Source: the human T2T-CHM13v2.0 reference genome, Homo sapiens
Assembly (NCBI RefSeq): GCF_009914755.1
Contig: NC_060940.1
Strand: one strand, 5' to 3'
DNA: 64,000 nt
A program made the position numbers and the translations under genes. The notes beneath the pieces were generated by a model. The model was given only the letters and a program-made list of their open reading frames with translations. It was not told where the DNA came from and ran no database searches. Shown here in pieces: positions 53,430 to 64,000 of this stretch; position 1 is the stretch's first letter; each line of letters begins with the position of its first letter.

Positions 53430-55140
53430 GGTATGAAGGTTATATTATGTTGTAGACACTTTTTAAGTAAAAGAACACAAAATTAAAATATAAAAGTTGA
53501 TATAAAAATGAATATTTACTTAGAATAAAAAGGAAAGAAAGCCACAGCAGGTTACAAATATTAAAAGCTGATAAATGCCAAACATCATAAAGCATTTTTA
53601 AATACCAGTTTTTATTAATAATTGACTAATAAAATAAACACCTTATCCTTTTTATTCAGGCAGGATGGTCTGTCTTCATATGACAATAATTTTGTAGTAT
53701 TATTTCTATAGAGAGAATAAAAAATAATTTTTTCTAGCATAACTGATAAAAATTTAATATTATTATCAATGACTCAGAAAACTTTCTCTCAGCTTCACAA
53801 TTCATTGTTGTTAATGCTGTATAAATTTTTATGATTGCCATCAAACTTAGGAAAAGCTCTAATGAGCTTGTTTCATATATGAGTTGTATACTTTAGAAGA
53901 ATTTCCCACACACAGCCTAACTTTTGCCTTCATACATTTCAAACCTGTTTTCTCCTCTGTACGTACATTTCTACAGTTCCCATTGCAATACCACCCCCAG
54001 TCCTGCTGTTGATATCAAGATACCAAGTGAGTAAGCAGAGTGGTGGCAGAAGTATTCCTAGAAGTCATCCCTGTAATACAGACAGGAGACAGGGAAATAC
54101 TGGGTAGAAGAGGGCCGTTTCCCGGCAAAGGCCCCACCCTCAAGCCTGGATACCCATGGCCTTAAGAGAGAACAGGTATTCTTGTTTTCATGTCCAAAAA
54201 GTTGTCTTTTGGCCTGCCACACCCCACTATCCTGTACCCATATAAACCCTGAACCCCAGGCTCCGGAAGCAGGAGATGACCAGATGAGGAGACAAGCAGA
54301 CAAGTGGTAGAATGGTATGACAGGAAAAGACGAAGAGAAGGAATATCTGAACACTGAGAGGAGTTTGGCTGGGGGTAGTCGGAGAGGAGTTCGGCCGCTA
54401 GATGGCCAAACTCCAGGGGAAGATCATCTTCCCACTCCATCCCCCTTCCAGTTCCCCATCCATTCCGCTGACAGCCACTTCCACCACTCAGTAAAACCCC
54501 TGCATTCATCCTTCAAGTCTTTGTGTGACCCAATTTTTCCAGGACACTGGACAAGAGCTTGGGGTACAGAAAGCTATCACACTGGCCCTCTGTCCTTGCA
54601 GAAAGGTGGAGGGTCCACTGAGCTGGTTAACACTTAAGCCATCTGCAGACAGCAAGGCTAAAAGAGCCCAGTGTAACACTTGCCCACTTGGGCTCCTGCA
54701 CCTGTCCCTCTGCATGCTCCACCTCCTGTAACGGATTTGAGCAGTGGTGGTGACCCCACGCCCCTGTCACACATCCTGTGATGGGGATCAGGGAACTCTC
54801 CAGTCTCAGCTACACAAGGGCAGCTTATAGTGACTTAACTATACATGGAAATAATTGAGAATCACATAAACTTATCTCACCAACCCTATTCCTAATGTAT
54901 TGTCTTAGCTGGATCTCAAAATGCCCCCAGCCTCTGCAGCACCAACTATCAGGAGGGAATGTGTAACAAGAGAGAAGTTCAGGTGGAAAGAATTAGCAGC
55001 CATATACCATTGCAGTTAAGATATTTTACTTTTGCAAACTTTCAAAAAATATGCGAACATGTAAACACCTTGCTAGGGCTTCAGAAAGGGTTTGTTTACC
55101 TGAAGGGGCCCCAAAACTTAAACTTTGCAGTAAATACATC
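53430..55140. mobile_element. Zaphod-like hAT-Tip100 remnant split by LTR1
   Basis: AT-rich decayed DNA transposon ending GGGGCCCCAAAACTTAAACTT..GTAAAT; family from recall. Confidence 0.45.
54074..54808 (+). mobile_element. LTR1-family ERV1 solo LTR
   Basis: TAATACAGACAGGAGACAGGGAAATACTGGGTAGAAGAGGG...GGGAACTCTCCAGTCTCA; TATAAA and AGTAAA present. Confidence 0.85.
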
Positions 55141-57795
55141 TTCTCTGATCATAGGCATATTGTGAGAATGGGATGAATACATAATGTAAGTAAACTGCTT
55201 AGCGCAGTGTCCCGCATATAACAAGCCTTGAAATATGGTGGCAATGATTATATTTTTAGTAGTATTAGTAGCATGGAAGATGGGATCTCCCATAGAACTT
55301 TCCTTTTTTCTCCTGAATATGTTTTCATTGCTGCAAGCAAAGCAGTGAAACAAGTCTTTGACCCACAGTTTTCTATTCTGGGTGAACAAAGCTTTGAAGT
55401 TGATTTTTAGTATGAAATTTGTTCAGGATAGGTCTTTAGTCTTGAGGAGTTAAACATTCTCATGCCTGAAAATGTTGAATATCTCTATAATTGCAGTGAT
55501 GAGGACATCAAAGTGACATCTTTCCAATCAATAGTTTTATTATTATGCTTTAAATTTACAGGCATCTTTGCACTAAAATCGGCGTGTTATATTTAGTCAC
55601 CATCACCAAGAGACATCTGCCCAATGAGGCAACAGTTCTTTTCATAAATGATACGTCATGTATTTATTTCAGCAGCTAAGCACCTTCTGGCACAACAAAC
55701 AGCCACCTTTGGAAACAAAGATGTCATTTTGGGTGGCTTAACAGATATGGGTTGTCTAAAATTAAAGACGGTGCTAATTAACTGGAACACAGAATTAGAA
55801 CCTACAGTTTCGAAAATATGCCAAAAACAAAAAAAAAGTGTTTGCCAGAAACTTTAACACTGGAGAGCTAAGTTGGCTCTTTCAAGGACGCTAAATTGAT
55901 TATAAGAATTATATAACATTGGGAGATCTCAATAAACAAAGCCTGTCAGGTTGTGCCTGAATTAGATCACTTGTTTGCTCAAAGAGCTGGTGTTTAAAGT
56001 AAATTCCCTTTCACTGATAAAAATTATGAATACACCTAGTGAAAAGGATACTATCTGTGGGAGGGAGACGGAAATTGACCATAGCCTGATTTGTATGTAA
56101 CTGACAATTTTTTTTCTGTCAAATACACCTTAATTCAAAAGAAGCAATTGTCATTAATATCATTAAATCTAAAACCAGAATGAGTTGCTTGGAGTGTTAA
56201 AAAAATATTAGGAGAAGCTGGTAGAGTACTGGGTATAGGTACCAGAGTTCTTCTAGGTGATTCATACTAATGGAATTGAATGAAAAGGGCAAGATTTGAA
56301 AGTCTAGATACATGGGTTTTCATCCCATATCCGTCCCTGATTCACTGGATGATTTTAGCCAATCTCCTAACTTGATGTGGCTGGTAAGGACAACGATGTT
56401 TCCTTCCTCCTTAAGTGAGATAATGAATAGTGGAACACTTTGAAAGCTAGACAGCACTACATAAAAGAAAAAATGGGAATGGCAGTTGAGCATGATGATT
56501 AGGAGCCCAAATTTTGTGTGAATCAAAACTAGACTCTGCAAGAAGCTCTGCCACTATCCAGGTGTGTGGTCCTGGGCAGAGTAATGAACTTCTCTTCTTT
56601 AACTTCTCTTCAACAGTTGTAGCAATGGCCATATGCAATAATACATGTTAATTTGTTCACCTGTGTGTATCAGAAGCACAGGATAATTATGACTTAAACA
56701 CAAAGAAGATGGACTAGCAGTTCATCTAAAGGCTAGCAGTCCAGGCCGGGAGGGCCTGTCTGCTGCATGGGGTCATTCAGTGATCCAGGATCCTTCTTGC
56801 TGTTGCTCTGCCATCCTGAGCCTGTTGTTTTCATTTTCATCGGCAAGGATGCCTTGGCAGTATCTCTGAATTCCAAGCAGCAGAATAAATGAAGATGAGG
56901 TAAGGAGAATCAGGATATAGCCCTTTTCTTTAAGGATACACTCTGTAAGTTACACAAGACACTTCTGCTCATATTTCATTGGTTGGAACGTAGAGAGATG
57001 GCTGCCTGTGTCTCCAAGACACACAAGCTTTATTCTAGGAGGCCAGAGCCCAGATAAAACTCAGGGGTTATTTGCTACCAGAAAGAGGAAGAAAATTTAC
57101 AGGAAGGATGCTGAAGTAGGTCCATCACAGCATCCAAAACTCTTAGCACACATGAGGGTCAATAAATTTTAGCTATTACCATCTACAATAGTCAGCAGGT
57201 GTGAAAAAATTTTTCAGAGGGGGATGATCCCAGTTCATCTCTGCCATGTCTGGCCTGGTACACCAAATTCTTTACCTTTCTGAGTAGTCTCACCCTAAAC
57301 ACACACAAGGCCTATTCTCGAATGTAAGTACAGAAAGGGACACGTTTCTGAGATCCACATGTGGATTACATCAAATCATTTTCTGGGTTCTCAACTGCAA
57401 AGTGTCTCATTCTCTGCTCAATGAGAAATGATATCCAACCTGGGGAATGTTTCCAGACTGTCCACAGATGCTAAAATATTTGAGCCCTGTGAGGGGTCAG
57501 CACCACATGAGTTACATGGGCTGGGAGTAGGGAGGGCTGATTTCCCCGATGAAAATAGGGATGTTAGAGACAGAGGAAGGAATGCTAGTGCTTAGTGTGA
57601 ACAAACAACAGATGTTCATACCATCTCTTCAATTCTCTTTCTTTCTTCTCTATTCCTTCCCCTTTCCTACGTTCTTTCTCCCTTCCTTCCCTCCCCTCCT
57701 TCTCTCACTTTCTTTCCCTAATAACCACTGTGCAAGACACATAGATGAACCTCTTGTGGTTCCTGACTTCGGGCAGCTCTCAGATTCAAAAAGGA

Positions 57796-58117
57796 GGCCG
57801 GGCATGATGGCTCACACCTATAATCTCAGCACTTTGGGAGTCTGAGGCAGACTGATTGCTTGAGCCCGGGAGTTTGAGACCAGCCTGGCCAACATGGCAA
57901 AACCCCATCTCTACTATAATACAAAAAATTAGCTGGGTGTGGTGGCACACACTGGTAGTTCCAGGTACTTGGGATGCTGAGGTAGGAGGATCACTTTAGC
58001 CCGGGAGGCAGAGGTTGCAGTGAGCAACAAACACACCACTGTACTCAGTCCGGGCGACAGAGAAAGACCCTGTCCCCCTAACCAAAAAAACAAACAAATA
58101 AACAAACAAAACAAAAA
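57796..58117 (+). mobile_element. AluJ/Sz in L2
   Basis: TSD core AAAAGGAG; CAAA tail. Confidence 0.92.
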
Positions 58118-58694
58118 GGAGAAAGACAATTAAATAACAAACTCCAGTAAAATGTGATATGCTTTGGAAATGCATACACAAATAAATAAATAAATAAATA
58201 AAGGAATGAATGAATGAATGAATGAATAAAATGGTATAACAGAATTACACAAAGTACTCTAAGTGAACAGAAAAAGAAGGGATTAACTCACCTAGATCAG
58301 ATGAAAACTCGGGGAACTTTTCACAAAGGAAATATTTAATCTGACTCTGAAGGATGAGGAGGAGTTTATAACATTTTCCAACAAAAAGAGACCCTCATAA
58401 AACCACCATTAGGGTCTTCGAATTTTCACATGGAACTTGGAGAAAAATTCTATGATCAAATATCAGTGAATTTGAGTAGACACAGCCTGTCACTAAATTT
58501 AACCTTCTGTAAGTCATTCGTCTACTCTTGTCATCAGTTTTTATCTTTTGTAAGATAAGCAGATGGGGCTATTTATGAAGCTCCTTCCTGCTCTTAAAAA
58601 CAAGGAATTTCCATTTGAAAGGATGAAGACCCATGGGTTGTACAGTGAATGGAAGGGTCTTTGATGCTGAGATTCTAGGTAAATTTGCAGTGTT

Positions 58695-59005
58695 GGCCAG
58701 GCGCAGTGGCTCACGCCTGCAATCCCAACACTTTGGGAGGCCGAGGTGGGCAGATTACATGAGGTCAAGAGTTCAAGACCAGCGTGGCCGATATGGTGAA
58801 ACCCTGTCTCTACTAAAAATACAAAAATTAGGCGGGCGTGGTGGTGGGTGCCTGTAATCCCAGCTGCTCAGGGAGGCTGACACAGGAAAATTGCTAGAAC
58901 CTGGAAGGCGAAGGTTTGCGGTGAGCTGAGATTGTGCCATTGTACTACAGCCTGGGTGACAGAGGAAGACTTCATCTCAAAAAAAAAAAAAAAAAAAAAA
59001 AAAAA
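58695..59005 (+). mobile_element. AluS
   Basis: Full dimer, long A tail. Confidence 0.95.
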
Positions 59006-59824
59006 GACATGTTGTTGTTGCTTTGGAGAGTTGAGTATATATATTGGGAGAAACTGGTTTACCAGATATGTGAATCAGCTAGTTGCTATTGTGGACACTA
59101 AGGAAAAGAAGTAATGAGACTTCTAAGTTAAACGTGGGTCAGTTTATTCCATTGACTAAACTCATCCTGCAACCGTAGCAATGGCTGGAACCAATGTCAA
59201 CTGCAGAGCCAACAGGAAATTCCTGTAACCAGATTAATTTTTTCCCAAATCCCACCACTTGAGGTTCATCTTGTTAAGTCCTTCTGATGGTCTTTTCCCC
59301 ATGAGTTGAATTTTGCTTTTTCATGGTTGGGAAATCACACTTGGCCAACAAATGAGATGGAGTTAGGTGTACTAAAATATGTATACAGTTTAAAATTATC
59401 ACCAGGTTCTTTTTTTACTTCTTAATTTAGTAAACAGGAGGAAAACAAACCCTATGCCACCCCTCTGTGTTGTAATCTTGTATTGAAAAGTCCTGTTGTG
59501 AAAGCAGCATGACCCATTAAGCCCTGAAGTTCAAACCACAAAAATTACTACCTTGACCTAATGATTACAATTTGTTATTGGTGCTCAGCTCCAGCAGATG
59601 AGTAAGTTCTAGCACACAGGGAGAAAATGGACTTGAAAACAGGATGGAGTAGGAGTTCACAAATGCCCACACAGCATTCCTGGAAACAAGGGCTTTGAAT
59701 TCCCTGGGGATATTATTGGCCTCATTTTAAAAGACAAGGAATGAGGCTCAGAGAAGTAAAAAGACTGGCTATGTCATATAGCTAGGAAGCGGACATGTAG
59801 GGGCTCAAAACAAATTTTTGTTAA

Positions 59825-60431
<607 letters not shown>

Positions 60432-60833
60432 CTGGATGAAGAAAATGTGGTACATATACACCGTGGAATACTATGCAGCTATAAAAAAGAATATCATGTG
60501 CTTTGCAGAAACATGGATGGAGCTGGAGGCCATGATCCTTAGCAAACTAACACAGGGACAAAAAAACAAATACCACATGTTCTCACTTTTAAGTGGGAGC
60601 TAAATGATGAGAACACATGGACACATGGAGGGGAACAGCACACACTGGGCCTTATTGGAGGGAGGAAGGTGGGAGGAGGGAGAAGATCAGGAAAAATGAG
60701 TAATAGGGGTATTAGACTTAATACCTGGGTGATGAAATAATCTGTACAACAGACTCCCATTACATAAGTTTACCTATATAACCAACCTGCACACATACTC
60801 CTGAACTTAAAGGTTAAATACGAATAAAATAAA
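60432..60833 (+). mobile_element. L1PA/PB 3' end
   Basis: GAAAATGTGGTACATATACACC..GAACTTAAA and A-rich tail. Confidence 0.9.
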
Positions 60834-61786
60834 ACCTAAATCACATGACAAAAAGGAATGAAATGATGTGGAGCTCTGTTTATGAGCCTAAGATTGTGCT
60901 AATATCTAGAAAACAGAATGGATTATCCAGAAAGATTTGGATAGCTATGGATATGATTATTTTACTGAATTATTTCACTAATATACAAATCTAAAGATTT
61001 GATTTAATTGCAAATCCAGTAACCTAACCTTCTTTCGTTAAAAAAAAAAAGTCACTTTGATTTGCTTACAAGAGTAAATATTGTATGAAACAAAAAAAAG
61101 AGTACATACTGGAAGATTATATTTATATGAAATTCAAAAACAGGTAAAAACTAATCTTTGGTGTTAGATGTCAGAATAGCAGTTACCCTTGGGAAGTAGT
61201 GACTAGAACAGGAGATAAGTGAGGTGCTTTCGTGGCATTGGTGATGCTCTTTTACTTGTTCTGGGCCAGGATATATGACTGTGATTGGTTTGTGAAAATT
61301 CACCAAGCTATACTCATAACCTATGCACCGTTCTGTAGGTATATTCTACATGAAAAAAAACCTCAAAAAGTAAAAAATAAAATTCACACAAAGTTAAGAA
61401 ACAAGCTAGCTGAAGGCTTATAGAAAGAGTTATAAATGATAACAGTAGTAGGTGACATTTACCATTGGCTTACTTAGAACCTGGTAAGTTTATGCAGTAA
61501 TTAATTTAATTCCTTCAACATCACAAAGTATACACAATTGTTACCCCATTCTTAGAAGGGAAACAAGGCTCAAAATCTTAATTATCTTACCCCTGACCAT
61601 ATAACACATAAGCACTAGAGTACATATTCAAACAGGAGCAGCCCACCTCCAGTTTAACCATCATATGTCATTTTAACCATCATATGACACCAGTTCTCCA
61701 ACACTGGGAGGATGTGAGACACCCAAGGGTACTTAGATTCACAAGTTTATTCCTGTGGAAACCACTTAGAAACCCAAGAAATTGGT

Positions 61787-61925
61787 TAGCCAGGCACAAT
61801 GGGGCCCACCTGTAGTCCTAGCTACTTGAGAAGCTAAGGCAGGAGGATTGCTTGAATCTAGGAGTTCGAGGCTGCATTGAGCGATGGTAACACCACTGCA
61901 CTCCAGCCTGGGTGACCTTGTCTCT
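61787..61925 (+). mobile_element. Alu right monomer (FRAM or truncated AluJ)
   Basis: TSD AAACC(C/T)AAGAAATT spans the monomer and its purine tail. Confidence 0.88.
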
Positions 61926-62157
61926 GAAAAAGAAGAAAGAGAAAGAAAGGAAGAAAGAAAGAAAGAAAGAAAGGAAGGAAGGAAGGAAGGAAGGGAAGGA
62001 AGGAAGGAAGGGAAGGAAGGAAGGAAGGAAGGAAGGGAAGGAATGAAGGAAGGAAGAGAAAGAAAGAAAGAGAGGGAAGAAGGGAGGGAGGGAAATGAAG
62101 GAAGAAGGAAGAGCAAGAAAGAAAGAAAGGCAGAGAAAGAAAAAGGAAGAAATAATA
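61926..62157 (+). repeat. GAAA/GGAA polypurine repeat derived from the Alu tail
   Basis: Purine-only from 61926 to 62043; GGAA runs of 5, 4, 6 and 2. Confidence 0.97.
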
Positions 62158-63449
62158 AAACCTAAGAAATTTGAATAAATTTCTTACAATTACCTCTGGA
62201 AGAAAACAAAATGTTTAAATAAAAACTCAGTGTTCACTGAGATGGAGAAAGTCTGTTTATAACAATTTAAGGAGCCACACAGAAAATCACAAGGGCTATA
62301 ACTTCCTGCTTGCCGAAGGCACCTTTTGGATGAATTGCTGCTTATATCACTGCATGGCAACTGGAGAAGACGTGGATTGATGCAGTCGTTCTCAGGAAGT
62401 TAGAGGACTATTAACATCAGCACGGGATTCATGATGATGTGTTGAAGGGTGGTTGGCACCCGCAAAAGGAAAGGTGATATGTTTCATATTTTATGATATG
62501 TTTTGTCACTCGAGGGAATTTAGAAGTGGAGGCACTTGATAGTGAAAATGGAAGCCAACTTTCTCTTTTTGTCACTTGCGTTATTTGGGATGTTTTGAGT
62601 TGGAAAAAAAAAAATAAGCAGAGACTGAATCTGTCCACTAAAGGAGAAGGGAGAACTGGGTTGGAGCCAAGAAATGGGCAGAGTGAGAAGCAAGGCTGGG
62701 AACCAGATATTTGCTCAGTTTATTTGCTTCCTCTGTCCTGTTAGCTATTGAGTTTTCATTACAGTGTACTCACTTCTTTCTTCAAGTCTTCACTGTCAGT
62801 GTCTTGCAAACTGCTGAACACCACTGGATCCCTCATTCCTAAAGCAGAAGTGGCTTGACTGAATGTCATCGTAGTGGGAATCACACACATTGGGCAGACC
62901 CCACCATTGGAGGCTACCTCAGCAGATATCGTCTGCAAAGACAGCCTGTGCCTGGATGATGAGATCTATCCCTGCTCAAGGAACAGCTCACTGTAGCTTC
63001 CCTAAGTGGAGACAATGGGCAGGTTAATGCCAACGGGCAGAGAAGAAGGGCATGGTGGTGACCCTATCAACATGCTCGAATGCTGGCATCAAACAGAGGA
63101 TGCTTGAAGCTTTGGTGTGGTGAAGCTGGTGGAACTTTTTGAAATCTCTTTGGAAGGTTTATGCCAATGATACCCTACCTAAACCCCATCTCACATTTTC
63201 TTGGTTGAAACCATGAGCCTATTTTCTTCTTCCCTCCTTTTCTTCTTTAAATCCTTCCTTTATTACTTCCTTTGCTCCTTCATTCAACAGACACCTGTCA
63301 TGTTTTGGAGGGGAGGCCTAGCCTGAAAGAAGCTAGATTATGTTTATCTCTGAGAATATGACTTGTGTAGGCATCTCAGGTTTGTCAGTACAGTGGTTGA
63401 CCTACATGTATTTATTAGCAGGATCTTTGAAGAAAAAAAAAAAGAGGTG

Positions 63450-63990
63450 CTCCAATTGTTTATTGCTAAGTATCAAAACAGCCCCAAACTTAGTGGCATG
63501 AAAGAATGGCATTTTAATATGCCTATGATTCTATGGATCAGGAATTTGAAAGCCCATGTCCATGTTCCACAATGTCTAGGGTAATGAAGGCTGGAGATGG
63601 TTGGAATGGCTCACCTGGGGCTGTATATCTGGCGCCTCCATTCTTCACCATGTGGCATCTGCTGAAACCGCATATGGAAGAGAACTACTTCACTCATATG
63701 CATGGTGTGTGGGCTGAAGTGGCTGGAACACTTGGGGTCTGACTGGCACTGCTTCTCCTCCGTATGACCACATGGACTTCCCCCCAGTATGGCGGTCTTA
63801 TGTTACTCAACCCAGAGACTCCTGCCCAGGCCCATGGAGAGAGCAGAAGCTGCTGGAGCTCGGATGATGTGGGGCAAACTGGGATGTTCTGTGGCCCAGA
63901 TGGCAAAGCAGCAAAGAGATGGCATGATTTTATTCACCTCCTGCATGAATTCACAGTTACACAATGTGGCTCTAGCACCATAAGGACTAT
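63450..63990 (-). mobile_element. Old MLT1-type MaLR LTR (approximate)
   Basis: CCCCAAACTTAGTGGC..GATTCTATGGATCAGGAATTTG. Confidence 0.6.
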
Positions 63991-64000
63991 AAGTAATAAT

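Noticed and set aside
61766-62165. Low-complexity ORFs (PSFLPS / ERKEGR)
   Set aside because: Translations of the GGAA repeat

Overview
This is primate, almost certainly human, non-coding DNA dominated by transposable elements; no host protein-coding exon, RNA gene or CRISPR array can be supported. Bases 1-3276 are the 5' half of a minus-strand HERV-H provirus: an LTR7 (LTR7up-like) 5' LTR, a tRNA-His primer-binding site, the major splice donor and decayed gag/pro/pol, transcribed leftwards out of the window. The remaining ~61 kb lies upstream of it and holds about 25 Alus, L1PA/L1M pieces, MIR/L2, MaLR/ERVL/ERV1 solo LTRs and DNA transposons (MER5, MER53, Tigger2, Zaphod-like), several in deep nests. 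The most notable structures are: an 8 x 51-bp VNTR born inside an L1MD; a ~420-bp templated duplication carrying a CTCF-like site pasted into an MLT1 LTR 2.9 kb away; an odd L1PA/L1M inverted chimera; a complex repair scar; a GGAA/polypurine tract; and a few repeat-free, motif-dense enhancer-like blocks. I found no convincing new biological system. Repeat subfamily names come from recalled consensus sequences and need RepeatMasker/Dfam confirmation.
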